From positions 19 through 64,018 of the forward strand of contig CAVBGA010000187.1 of assembly GCA_963594675.1 (NCBI GenBank): a stretch of 64,000 nucleotides of DNA, read 5' to 3'. This DNA is from Lachnospiraceae bacterium (lineage in GTDB: Bacteria > Bacillota > Clostridia > Lachnospirales > Lachnospiraceae). This document shows, in pieces, positions 36,688 through 46,527 of the stretch. The notes below the pieces were generated by a model, which was not told the DNA's origin, searched no databases, and saw nothing but the letters and a program-made list of their open reading frames with translations. Both the position numbers and the translations under genes were made by a program. How positions within the stretch are numbered: the first letter of the stretch is position 1; each line of letters opens with the position of its first letter.

Positions 36688-37713
36688 TTAGTTGTCAAAT
36701 GTATGAACCGATTCGTTATTAGCTTCTGTTGTCTGCCATGCATTGATCGTTTCTGCGCTGCTTTCCGAGCTAAGGCAGGGGTCCTCTTTTAATGATTTAA
36801 CAGGTTTGGGACTTTTATCAATTTCGCTAGCGTCGCCGATGCCCAAGGCTTCTCCAATGGCACCTACGGAAGATAGGGTGTTTGCCAGATCAGAGGGAAG
36901 AAAAATCTTGGTAGCTCTTCCATCTGCTACGTCCTTCAATGCCTCGATACTCTTTAAACGAAGGATATTTTCTGATGGGGCTGCCTCGGTAAGCATGCGA
37001 AGACCCTCTGCTTCTGCCTTATATACCAGCTCAATAGATTTGGCACGTCCTTCGGCAAGGGCGATTTGAGCTTCCTTCTCTGCCTCAGCAGCAAGAATTT
37101 TCGCCTTTTTATCACCTTCAGCACGTGCTTCTACAGATTCCTGATGGGCATGGGCTTCCAGGACTGTCTGTCTTCTTTCACGTTCTGCCTTCATCTGTTT
37201 TAACATGGTTTGTTCTACCTCATCGGGAGGAAGAATATTTTTTAATTCTACACGAGTGACCTTGATGCCCCAAGGATCAGTAGCTTCATCCAGAACATGT
37301 TCCATTTTTTTGTTAATGGTATCTCTTCCCGTCAGAGTCTGGTCCAGTTCCATCTCTCCGATAATATTACGAAGGGTGGTTGCGGCCAGATTTTGCAGAC
37401 CCATAATGGGATTCTCCACACCGTAGGTGTATTTCTGGGGATCAAATACCCGACAGAAAACTACGGAATCTACCTGCATGGTTACATTATCTTTGGTGAT
37501 AACAGGCTGCGGAGGGAAATCCAATACCTGCTCTTTGAGAGATACAACGCTTGCAATTCGCTCAAGGAAGGGAATCTTAACATGAAGACCAGCCTCCCAG
37601 GTGGTTTTGTACCTTCCCAGGGATTCGATGACGTAAGTCTTTCCCTGTGGAACGATTCGTACATTTTTTAAGACAACTGCAATGATTAAAATAAGTAAAA
37701 TAAGTAGTGCCAT
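36688..37713 (-). CDS. SPFH/band 7 (stomatin-like) family protein
   Basis: 341 aa with an N-terminal TM, an SPFH core (VPQGKTYVIESLGRY..VTRVELKNI) and a coiled-coil AEAEKEAQIALAEGRA. Confidence 0.9.
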   Translation of the reverse strand: MALLILLILIIAVVLKNVRIVPQGKTYVIESLGRYKTTWEAGLHVKIPFLERIASVVSLKEQVLDFPPQPVITKDNVTMQVDSVVFCRVFDPQKYTYGVENPIMGLQNLAATTLRNIIGEMELDQTLTGRDTINKKMEHVLDEATDPWGIKVTRVELKNILPPDEVEQTMLKQMKAERERRQTVLEAHAHQESVEARAEGDKKAKILAAEAEKEAQIALAEGRAKSIELVYKAEAEGLRMLTEAAPSENILRLKSIEALKDVADGRATKIFLPSDLANTLSSVGAIGEALGIGDASEIDKSPKPVKSLKEDPCLSSESSAETINAWQTTEANNESVHTFDN

Positions 37714-37805
37714 AAATTGCCTCCTTCCAAGGATGAAATATTCACCTTGATTTTATCATAGGCATACATGTATTGTGAATGTTTACTATGTGAAAGAAAG
37801 AAGAA

Positions 37806-38561
37806 TTATTTGAAAAATTTCAGCAGTTCCCAGCGAGCGGAAATACCAAGCTTGCGATAAATATGCTGCATGTGTTTTTTTAAGGTAGAGACAGTGATTT
37901 TGAGATCTTCAGCAATGGCGGTCTCTGCTTTTCCTGTCAAAAGATATACAAGTATCTCATGTTCCCGGCTGGTGAGACCATATTGTTCTGTTAAATTTCC
38001 CACAACACTATCATTAACAGAAGATGTTTTGTCTGTGTCTGGAAGAAGAATGCGATAAAAAAGGCGATTTAAGTGATAACCGATCATACGCATAAAATAG
38101 GTTTCGTCATCAGTAAAGGCCCCATCCTGGCGGGTGCGGTATAAGGTCAGGACGCCTAAAAACTTATTATTGTAGGTGATATTAAGCTGCAGGGAATCAT
38201 AGATATTATAGTGACTGTAACATTCCAGATAGATAGGAGTGTTTAGGCGTTTATGATCCGGGAGCATCTTACTTTCACAGATTAAGGTAGAGTATCCGCT
38301 GTCTATGGTCCATAGGGAGTGATCTTTTTGAGAAATCTGAATGTACTTCTCCTCGGCACTTTTAAATTCTTTAGGATCGCAGACCGGATCTGTGAACTTA
38401 GGCTGCACGGGATCCAGATTAGAGAGAAGGACGCTGCCATAGGAGTAGGGAATCAAAGAGCGCAGATGACGCAGGAGATTCTGGCGGATAAAGAGAAGGT
38501 TGTCCGTCTCATAAAGCTGATAGATGAGGTTGTTAAGCATCATAATGTCGTTTCTTTCCAT
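37806..38561 (-). CDS. LuxR family transcriptional regulator with N-terminal GAF-like sensor domain
   Basis: C-terminal HTH LTSREHEILVYLLTGKAETAIAEDLKITVSTLKKHMQHIYRKLG. It is divergent from the putrescine operon. Confidence 0.8.
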   Translation of the reverse strand: MERNDIMMLNNLIYQLYETDNLLFIRQNLLRHLRSLIPYSYGSVLLSNLDPVQPKFTDPVCDPKEFKSAEEKYIQISQKDHSLWTIDSGYSTLICESKMLPDHKRLNTPIYLECYSHYNIYDSLQLNITYNNKFLGVLTLYRTRQDGAFTDDETYFMRMIGYHLNRLFYRILLPDTDKTSSVNDSVVGNLTEQYGLTSREHEILVYLLTGKAETAIAEDLKITVSTLKKHMQHIYRKLGISARWELLKFFK

Positions 38562-38606
38562 AAAAGTCCCTTCCTGTTAGTTAGTCTTTACTATATAGTA
38601 CTCCTA

Positions 38607-38660
38607 AAAGAGTATTTTATCAACTGCAAAGAGTATTTTGTAAGTGAAAAAGAGTAGACT
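38607..38660. promoter_or_regulatory. three direct repeats AAAGAGTA(TTTT) phased at exactly 21 bp
   Basis: Repeat starts at 38607, 38628 and 38649, in the divergent LuxR/patA intergenic region. Confidence 0.5.
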
Positions 38661-38872
38661 TTTACGGAAGATACAATAAAATAAGTATTTGCAGATGAAA
38701 GAAAGCTTGTTACTATACAGCTAACAGTTAAAGAAATTTTGACAGAACATTGCTAGGAGACAAATGATTATTTCAAGTGAAGACCATCAGGTGAAATACA
38801 AAGGTGTATGAATTTAGATTTAAGTTCATGCATTTTTTTTACGCGAAATAACCAGAAAGAGAGGTAATTATT

Positions 38873-40240
38873 ATGGCAGACAGCAAAAAAGTAATCAGTG
38901 ATCTTGATCGAGTAATCGGACTTATTAAGACCGATACCAAGGATATTTCAGCAGAAGAGAAAAAGAAAATGGTTGCTGAGACCCTGGATCATTTTGACAA
39001 TTTTGTAAGTCCAGGCTGGCTTAAATATCGTAAATCTGTTTCTTCTGACTCAGAAGGAGGAGCGGTTCTTGAGTGGCAGGATGAGGGTGCTTACTGCTAT
39101 GGCCTGAACGGTGAGAAATTCATCGACTGTCTTGGTGGTTTCGGAATTTATACTTGTGGACATCGTAATCCGGAGATTTTGGATGTAGTAAAGGCACAGC
39201 TTGATCATCAGGCTCTTCATTCACAGGAACTTTTGGATCCTCTTCGTGGATATCTTGCAAAAGCTCTGGCAGATATTACACCGGGTGATCTGCAATATTG
39301 CTTCTTTACCAATGGTGGTGCTGAGGCAGTTGAGATGGCACTTAAGCTTGCTCGTATTGCAACTGGCGGACGTTGGTATATTTCTACCGTAGGTGCCTTC
39401 CACGGCAAATCTATGGGTGCTATTTCCATGGGTGGTAAATCTACCTATCGTGTGCCCTACACACCTATGGTACAGCAGGTACAGCACGTAGAATATGGTA
39501 ATGCTGAGGATATGCGCAAGGCCATCAGAAATCTGACTGCTGTAGGTGAGAAGGTGGCAGCAGTGATTCTTGAGCCAATTCAGGGTGAAGCTGGTGTTAT
39601 CATTCCTCCTAAGGGATATCTGAAAGAGGTAAGAGAAATCTGTGATGAGTATGGTGTGGCTCTTATTTTTGATGAGATTCAGACAGGTATGGGTCGTACC
39701 GGCACAATGTGGAGATGTGAGGCAGAAGGTGTTACTCCGGATATCATGACCTATGGTAAAGCTTTTGGTGGCGGTATTCTTCCTATTACAGGTATCATTT
39801 GTAAGCCTTCCATGTGGGTAGATCAGCTGGTTGAGAATCCATGGCTTCTTGGATCTCCTACTTTTGGAGGAAACCCACTTTGCTGTGCAGCAGCCATTGC
39901 CACCATCAAATATATGCTGGAGAATGACATTCCTGGCGTTTGCAAGGCAAAAGGAGAAGTTCTTAAGGCTGGCTTGGATTCTCTTGCAGCTAAGTATCCG
40001 GAAATCATTCAGGAGGTTCGTGGTACCGGACTTATGCTGGCTGTAGAATTCCATACATGTGATCTTGGATATGAAACATCCAAGGGACTGTTTGCAAGAC
40101 GTGTCATGACAGCTGGTACATTGGTTAATGCAAAGACCATTCGTTTTGAGCCGACAGCTGTTATTTCAGAGCAGGATATCAAGGATGTAATTTCTAGATT
40201 TGATGAGGCTCTGGCAGATGTCAAGGCAACATTAAAATAA
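38873..40240 (+). CDS. patA: putrescine aminotransferase (class III PLP aminotransferase, YgjG/PatA-like)
   Basis: 455 aa. Long blocks match my recollection of E. coli YgjG (FIDCLGGFGI..GHRNP, HSQELLDPLR, AVILEPIQGE, FDEIQTGMGRTG, NAKTIRFEP). Confidence 0.85.
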   Translation: MADSKKVISDLDRVIGLIKTDTKDISAEEKKKMVAETLDHFDNFVSPGWLKYRKSVSSDSEGGAVLEWQDEGAYCYGLNGEKFIDCLGGFGIYTCGHRNPEILDVVKAQLDHQALHSQELLDPLRGYLAKALADITPGDLQYCFFTNGGAEAVEMALKLARIATGGRWYISTVGAFHGKSMGAISMGGKSTYRVPYTPMVQQVQHVEYGNAEDMRKAIRNLTAVGEKVAAVILEPIQGEAGVIIPPKGYLKEVREICDEYGVALIFDEIQTGMGRTGTMWRCEAEGVTPDIMTYGKAFGGGILPITGIICKPSMWVDQLVENPWLLGSPTFGGNPLCCAAAIATIKYMLENDIPGVCKAKGEVLKAGLDSLAAKYPEIIQEVRGTGLMLAVEFHTCDLGYETSKGLFARRVMTAGTLVNAKTIRFEPTAVISEQDIKDVISRFDEALADVKATLK

Positions 40241-40311
40241 AAAAAGATATAACTGTGAATACATAGGGAGATAAGACAGTTACAAATAACAGCATAGATA
40301 TTATATGCAAA

Positions 40312-40350
40312 GAGGCATACTCCATAAAATGGGGTGTGCCTCATTTTTTT
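40312..40350 (+). terminator. intrinsic terminator-like hairpin after patA
   Basis: GAGGCA..TGCCTC stem followed by ATTTTTTT. Confidence 0.6.
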
Positions 40351-40370
40351 AGAAAAAGCGAGGGTAAGAT

Positions 40371-41723
40371 ATGAATCTTGGGCTTGTAGCGATACTTATC
40401 ACACTGTTCATTATTGTAGGTGCAGTTGTTACAAGAAGATGTGTAGAGTGCATGATTGCCGGTTCTATGGTAGCAGCAATATTTTTATTTGGTAGTGGCT
40501 TTATGTCAGGCTGGAGTCAGGCCTTACAGGATCAGTTGGCGGATAATGTATGGGTGATGCTGGTGTGTCTCCTGTTTGGTGGCTTGATCAGTCTTTTGAC
40601 AGATTCCAAAGGTAGTTTTGGCTTTGCAAAATATATTTCAAGGATATGCAATAGCCAGAAAAAAACCATGATGACGACTTTTATCATGGGAATATTGATC
40701 TTTGTGGATGACTATCTGAATGTATTGTCTATCGGAGCTTGTATGAAGAAGATTAGCGATAAACAGAAGCTTCCCAGAGAGACTTTGGCGTATTTGTTGG
40801 ATTCCACAGGGGCTCCTGTATGTGTGCTGCTTCCTTTTTCTACATGGGCTGTTTTTTATGCCAGTCTTTTTTATGAGCAGGACAGTGTGAAGGCTTTGGG
40901 AGTAGCATCTGCCATGCAGGCTTATATGAAGGCAATTCCCTTCCTTTTTTATCCTATCATTACCTTGATTATTGTATTTCTCTTTGTTATGGGTTGGATA
41001 CCTAAACTAGGTCCAATGAAAAAGGCCTTTCAGCGTGTGGAAGAGACAGGAAAAGTATATTCCGATGCCAGCCGTAAATACAATCACGATGATCCTGCCA
41101 TGGATGAAGATGGAAATATCTGGTATTTTCTTATTCCCATGGGGGTTTTGGTGGGAATTACAGTGGCAACCAGCGATATTTTAAATGCAGTTGTTTGGGC
41201 GCTGATTGTATGCTTTGTTATGTATGTGCCAAGGAAAATACTTTCTGTGGATGAATTTCTAAGCAGTATGATACGAGGATTCGGGGACATGCTTCCCACT
41301 CTGACGATGCTTCTTGTTACCTTTGTTCTCAAGGATCTGTCGGGACAGATGGGAATGACAGAGTACATTATTCAGATAGCGGAGCCCTTTCTTTTTGCGG
41401 CAGTATTTCCGGCGATGGTCTTTATCTTAGGCGCTGTGCTTGCCTTTACCACAGGATCTGACTGGGGCATGAGTTCTGTAATCACACCTATCGTATTTCC
41501 CTTAGGGGCGGCATTGGGAGCCAATCCGGTTCTTATTATGGCGGCAGTTATTTCCGGTGGTACTTTTGGCAGTCATGCCTGCTTTTATGCAGATGCCACT
41601 TTGCTGGCCTCTCAATCCGCAGGAGTTGATAATATGGAGCATGCCTTGACACAGATTCCCTATGTCATTATAGCCAGTGTACTATCTATTATATGTTTCT
41701 TTATTGCCGGATTTGTCTTATAG
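40371..41723 (+). CDS. NhaC-family (Na+/H+ antiporter-like) transporter
   Basis: 450 aa polytopic protein. FVDDYLNVLSIG and YLLDSTGAPVCVLLP are typical of the NhaC family. Confidence 0.8.
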   Translation: MNLGLVAILITLFIIVGAVVTRRCVECMIAGSMVAAIFLFGSGFMSGWSQALQDQLADNVWVMLVCLLFGGLISLLTDSKGSFGFAKYISRICNSQKKTMMTTFIMGILIFVDDYLNVLSIGACMKKISDKQKLPRETLAYLLDSTGAPVCVLLPFSTWAVFYASLFYEQDSVKALGVASAMQAYMKAIPFLFYPIITLIIVFLFVMGWIPKLGPMKKAFQRVEETGKVYSDASRKYNHDDPAMDEDGNIWYFLIPMGVLVGITVATSDILNAVVWALIVCFVMYVPRKILSVDEFLSSMIRGFGDMLPTLTMLLVTFVLKDLSGQMGMTEYIIQIAEPFLFAAVFPAMVFILGAVLAFTTGSDWGMSSVITPIVFPLGAALGANPVLIMAAVISGGTFGSHACFYADATLLASQSAGVDNMEHALTQIPYVIIASVLSIICFFIAGFVL

Positions 41724-41752
41724 AGTAGGTGCAAACAGGAGGAAATTTTTAT

Positions 41753-42376
41753 ATGAGAAAGAAGCATTACGTAGTAACAATCACAAGACAGTTTGGCAGC
41801 TTGGGCCGTCCGATTGCGAAAAAAATGAGTGAACTTTTAGGTGTTGAATTTTATGACAGGGATATTGTGGACCAGGCAGCACAAAAACTAAGACTTCCTG
41901 TATCCCTTGTTAATCAGGAGGAAGAGAAGGCTGCGAAACAGACAGTTAATCCCTTTTCTCGCATGATGTTTCCTTTGGGAAAGGGCACCAATACCACCCA
42001 GGACGATATTTTTGAAGCGCAGAAAAATATTATTGAATTTTTAGCAGAGAAGGATAGCTGTATTATCGTTGGCCGATGTGCAGATTTTATCCTGAGCGAG
42101 ATGGAAAACAGCATTCATATATATATTTATGCATCTTATGAAGCCAGATTGGAGCATTGTATTCAGGATTTAGGCTTGGATGAGAGCGAGGCTCGAAAAA
42201 TGATCAAATCTGTGGATGAGGCTAGGGATTCCTATCATATGCAATATGCAGGATATAAACCGGACGATAAGCGCTACAAGCAAATATTGGTAGATAGCAG
42301 CCTCTTTGGTGTAGATGGAACGGCAGAATTCCTGGCGGAAGCAGTGAAAAGAAAATTTAAGGAACTGGAACTATAG
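41753..42376 (+). CDS. cytidylate kinase-like family protein
   Basis: The N-terminus VVTITRQFGSLGRPIAKKMSELLGVEFYDRDIV is typical of the CMK-like (non-canonical P-loop) family. RBS AGGAGG. Confidence 0.75.
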   Translation: MRKKHYVVTITRQFGSLGRPIAKKMSELLGVEFYDRDIVDQAAQKLRLPVSLVNQEEEKAAKQTVNPFSRMMFPLGKGTNTTQDDIFEAQKNIIEFLAEKDSCIIVGRCADFILSEMENSIHIYIYASYEARLEHCIQDLGLDESEARKMIKSVDEARDSYHMQYAGYKPDDKRYKQILVDSSLFGVDGTAEFLAEAVKRKFKELEL

Positions 42377-42405
42377 AAAAAGCTTGAAGAAAGGACATGT
42401 GTCAT

Positions 42406-43887
42406 ATGGAAATTCAAAAATTATACATTGATGGTGAATGGGTAGAAGGCAGTGAAGGTAAGACTTTTCAATCCATTAATCCTGCCACAGGAGAGGTTTT
42501 GGCAGAAGTTGCTGAAGCATCGATAGAGGATGCCAGACGTGCTATTGCAGCGGCTAAGAAATCCTTTTACGAAACTAGAGAATGGAGAGACATGGATTCC
42601 CAGGCAAGAGGTGACATTATTCTTAAAATCGCTGATGCCATTGAAGCCAGAAGCGAAGAACTGGCTCGCTTGGATTGTATGGATATGGGAAAACCTCTTA
42701 GAGAAGCGGAAGCGGATGTAGATGATGCTGTACATTGTTTCAGATACTATGCAAGTTTGATTAAAACGCCCCATGGAGGCTGTTATGATGTTAACACCGG
42801 TTTTGGTGAAATGCACAGCTACACAGTTCATGAGCCGGTAGGTGTTTGTGCGGAGATTACACCTTGGAATTATCCTCTCCTTATGGGGGTATGGAAGCTG
42901 GCTCCATCTATAGCAGCAGGAAATAGTGTGGTTTTTAAGCCGGCAACAGTTTGTGTTCTTTCCTGCATTAAATTATTCGAAATTTTTGAGGAGTGTGGAC
43001 TTCCTAAGGGAGTTGTCAATCTGGTTATGGGTCCCGGCTCCAGTATTGGAAATGAGCTGGCTGGCAACAAGGACGTAGATATGGTTACCTTTACCGGCAG
43101 TACAGAAGTAGGACAAAGCATTATGCGTCAGGCAGCCAATAATGTGAAAAAGGTTGGTTTGGAATTGGGAGGAAAATCTCCTAATGTGATATTTGCAGAT
43201 GCAGATTTGGATGGTGCGGTAGAATGGGCCATGATTGGTATTTTCCTCAATCAGGGAGAAGTATGCTCTGCCGGAAGTCGTATCATTATTGAAGAAAGCA
43301 TTAAGGATGAGTTTGTCCGTCGCCTAGTAAAAAAAGCAAATGCTGTCACCATAGGCAATCCTATGGACAATCCGGATATGGGTGCTATGGTTTCAGAATC
43401 TCATATGAACAAAGTGCTTGCTTACATCGAAAAAGGTAAGGCAGAGGGAGCAAAACTTATGTGCGGTGGTGAGCGCTATACAGAAGGGGAATGTGCGAAA
43501 GGCTGTTTTATTCGCCCTACCGTCTTTGACGAATGTACAGATGATATGACAATCGTTAAAGAAGAAATCTTTGGACCGGTGGTTACGGTACAGACCTTCA
43601 AAACAGAGCAGGAAGCGATAGATATGGCCAATAATACGCCTTATGGATTGGCAGGCGCTGTCTTTACCTCTGATATTTCCAGAGCCATGCATGTGATCAA
43701 GGAAATTCGTGCAGGTATTACCTGGATCAACTGTTACAATCCTACCTTCAATGAAGCTCCCTGGGGAGGCTATAAGATGAGTGGCATCGGCAGAGAGCTG
43801 GGTGTTCATGGCCTGGAGGAATATCAGGAAATCAAGCAGATAAATATTAATATGCATCCAGGAATTGTGGGATGGTATGAGCATTAG
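42406..43887 (+). CDS. NAD(P)-dependent aldehyde dehydrogenase (aminobutyraldehyde/betaine-aldehyde DH-like)
   Basis: ELGGKSP and catalytic-Cys motif GEVCSAGSR. Start at MEIQKLYIDGEW. Confidence 0.9.
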   Translation: MEIQKLYIDGEWVEGSEGKTFQSINPATGEVLAEVAEASIEDARRAIAAAKKSFYETREWRDMDSQARGDIILKIADAIEARSEELARLDCMDMGKPLREAEADVDDAVHCFRYYASLIKTPHGGCYDVNTGFGEMHSYTVHEPVGVCAEITPWNYPLLMGVWKLAPSIAAGNSVVFKPATVCVLSCIKLFEIFEECGLPKGVVNLVMGPGSSIGNELAGNKDVDMVTFTGSTEVGQSIMRQAANNVKKVGLELGGKSPNVIFADADLDGAVEWAMIGIFLNQGEVCSAGSRIIIEESIKDEFVRRLVKKANAVTIGNPMDNPDMGAMVSESHMNKVLAYIEKGKAEGAKLMCGGERYTEGECAKGCFIRPTVFDECTDDMTIVKEEIFGPVVTVQTFKTEQEAIDMANNTPYGLAGAVFTSDISRAMHVIKEIRAGITWINCYNPTFNEAPWGGYKMSGIGRELGVHGLEEYQEIKQININMHPGIVGWYEH

Positions 43888-43962
43888 CAAAAACTGCGTA
43901 GCTGCGATTTTGTGAATTAGTTACCTATATAATTATCATAATGAAAATAGCGCCTCTTTTAG

Positions 43963-45342
43963 TTAAGAAGCGCTATTTTTATGACTTTTTGCCAGAGCTT
44001 TTTTAAAGCGAAAGCTGAATAGTACAATGGTAAAAGATACTGCCAGAAAATCGGCAATGGGTTCTGCAGCATATACAGCCAGAGTCTGGTAGGAAGACCA
44101 GATATGAGGCATGATATAAATTAAAGGCAACAGCAGAATAAATTTACGGGCAACTGCCACAATAATGGATTCTTTTGCACATCCGATGGAGGTAAAAGCC
44201 ATCTGGCAGGCGGTCTGGATGCCCATCATAAATACACATCCCAAGTAAATGCGAAGGGCTGTTTTGGTAAAAGTGATTAAGGTGGCATCCGTTGTAAAGA
44301 TGCCTGCAAAAATCTGTGGGAATATCATGACCAAAAGCCAGATGATAGCAGCGTAGGCGAAGTCGATTTTTAATAAAAGAAAATAGGTTTCCTTCACGCG
44401 ATCCGTCTGACCAGCTCCATAATTAAAGCTCATAATAGGCTGGGCTCCCTGGCCGATTCCCTGGAGAGGAAGCATGGCAAACTGCATGACTGTGGATAGG
44501 ATTGTCATAGCACCGACAGCCACATCCCCACCGTATACCAAAAGCGAAGAATTAAAGCAGATATTGATAATGCTTTCACTGGCCTGCATAACAAAGGTAG
44601 CAGTACCAAGGGCGATGCAGGGGAGGATAATTTCTCCGGAAAGTTTCATATTTTTAAACTTTAGCTGTAACTTGCTTTCCTTACCCAGAAGAAAATGAAT
44701 AATCCAGATGCAGGAAGCTGCCTGGGAAATGACGGTAGCAAGAGCAGCACCTTTTACTCCCATATGGAATCCGAAAATAAAAATAGGATCCAAGATGATA
44801 TTGAAAATAGCGCCAATAAGTACAGATAACATACCCGTCTTTGCAAAACCCTGGGTTGTGATAAACATATTCATGCCCAGAGTCATTTGCACAAAAATGG
44901 TTCCTACAGAATAGATATTCATGTAATCTACGGCATAGCCAATGGTATTTTTACTGGCGCCAAAGGCCAAAAGCAGGGGCTTGTTAAAAAGCAATAAAAG
45001 TATGGTCAGAGCAAGGGAGATAATAATCTGCAGGGCAAAACAATTTCCCAGAATTTTTTCTGCTGTATCATAGTCTTTCTTTCCCATACAGATAGAGGCT
45101 CTTGGAGCACCGCCGCTTCCCACCAGGGCTGCAAAGGCGGAGACAATAAGGATGATGGGCATACAAACCCCAAGACCGGTAAGAGCTAAAGAACCTACCT
45201 TAGAAATATGTCCAATATACACCCGGTCTACAATGTTATACAACATATTGATAAGCTGGGCAGTGACGGTGGGAATGGCCAGACTAAAGAGAAGATTCTT
45301 AATAGGAGCTTTTCCCAGATAATCTTTGTCTTTTTGATTCAT
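43963..45342 (-). CDS. MATE family efflux transporter
   Basis: 459 aa with N-terminal IPTVTAQLINMLYNIVDRVYIGH, the same subfamily as 18095-19507. Confidence 0.9.
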   Translation of the reverse strand: MNQKDKDYLGKAPIKNLLFSLAIPTVTAQLINMLYNIVDRVYIGHISKVGSLALTGLGVCMPIILIVSAFAALVGSGGAPRASICMGKKDYDTAEKILGNCFALQIIISLALTILLLLFNKPLLLAFGASKNTIGYAVDYMNIYSVGTIFVQMTLGMNMFITTQGFAKTGMLSVLIGAIFNIILDPIFIFGFHMGVKGAALATVISQAASCIWIIHFLLGKESKLQLKFKNMKLSGEIILPCIALGTATFVMQASESIINICFNSSLLVYGGDVAVGAMTILSTVMQFAMLPLQGIGQGAQPIMSFNYGAGQTDRVKETYFLLLKIDFAYAAIIWLLVMIFPQIFAGIFTTDATLITFTKTALRIYLGCVFMMGIQTACQMAFTSIGCAKESIIVAVARKFILLLPLIYIMPHIWSSYQTLAVYAAEPIADFLAVSFTIVLFSFRFKKALAKSHKNSAS

Positions 45343-45517
45343 ATCTTTCCCTTCTTTTTTCGCATAAGATGTTACATAGTTGCTTTTTCATAATCGAATT
45401 GTTTTATAATTTTCTTATTAAAGCATATTTTAAAACATTATGCAATTAGTTACAAAGGGATTGTGATACTAATTTTTAGCACCCCAATCCCTTGTAGATG
45501 AATTACTTAATTCAGTT

Positions 45518-45772
45518 TTGACAATTCTTGTACTAGCATATCCAACCAAGCTTGATCAATATAAGGACCAATCAGAACAATTTCTCCACCAGACCTTGGA
45601 AACATTTCTATTTTGTAAAATGAGCCGCACGGAAACTGCCAAACAGCTTCATATTCACCTGAATACCCTGAAATATCGTCTGAATCGTATTCAAGAACTC
45701 TGTGATGTGGATTTGGAATCACCATCAACTCTCTTCTACCTGCAGTTGTCCTTTGCAGTAAGAAAACGGTAA
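45518..45772 (+). pseudogene. C-terminal HTH fragment of a PucR/CdaR-family regulator
   Basis: MSRTETAKQLHIHLNTLKYRLNRIQELCDVDL is a near-consensus PucR C-terminal HTH. The N-terminal about 300 aa expected for the family are absent. Confidence 0.6.
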
Positions 45773-45775
45773 TCC

Positions 45776-46210
45776 CTATTCCAGAAACAATTCAAAGCCG
45801 TAGCAACTTTTCTCAAATCCATAAGCTTCATAGAATTTGTGAGCGGAGTTTCGGGGAATTCCAGAATCTAGGATAATAGCTTTGCATCCTTCTTCCTGGG
45901 CCATTTTTTTCGCATGATCTATCATCTGTTTTCCATATCCTTTTCCACGATATTTTTCTTTTGTAATAATGCTTGCAAGATAGCAGGTGGTGCCGGACAT
46001 CCAGAAGGTAGAGAAAAAGCTGCCGTGGCAAAAACCGCAGTATTCTCCCTTTTCATTTAAAAGAAAAAACACAAAGCTATTAGGGTCGGCAAGGATTTTT
46101 TCGTATACCTTTTTGGTTTCTTCCCTATCATATGTGTTGTAATCCCACAGGTCTTCGATAAAAGAAAATGCGTAGTCGAAATCTTCCGGCATTGCAGATT
46201 TTATTTCCAT
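45776..46210 (-). CDS. GNAT family N-acetyltransferase
   Basis: 144 aa with acetyl-CoA binding motif YRGKGYGKQMIDHAKKMA. Confidence 0.85.
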   Translation of the reverse strand: MEIKSAMPEDFDYAFSFIEDLWDYNTYDREETKKVYEKILADPNSFVFFLLNEKGEYCGFCHGSFFSTFWMSGTTCYLASIITKEKYRGKGYGKQMIDHAKKMAQEEGCKAIILDSGIPRNSAHKFYEAYGFEKSCYGFELFLE

Positions 46211-46527
46211 TATATTTCCTCCTAAATCTTCAAAATTGTTAATATTAATAGTATAAGAAGAATTCTGCTTACCAAAAAAGGTGTCAGAGCAATCGCTCTA
46301 ACACCTTCGTTATACGGAAAAGTTTACATCTGATATTAGAAAATTGTCAATAGCTATTGCGGCAATGCTTGCAAATGACAGATGAACATAAAAAAGTTGC
46401 ATAGCATAAGAAATCCTTATGGTAGGTATATAAATATTAGATAATATCGTGTATAAATATTGGCTGATATAATGAAATATGGATAAAACAAAAAAATAAT
46501 CGTTTCAATTTTATCAGGAGAGATGTT

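Noticed and set aside
39221-40054. 277-aa ORF on the minus strand
   Set aside because: It is antisense to the well-supported patA gene. It is a shadow ORF.
45507-45728. 73-aa minus-strand ORF overlapping the PucR fragment
   Set aside because: The plus-strand frame carries a near-consensus PucR HTH. The minus-strand ORF has no RBS or family resemblance.
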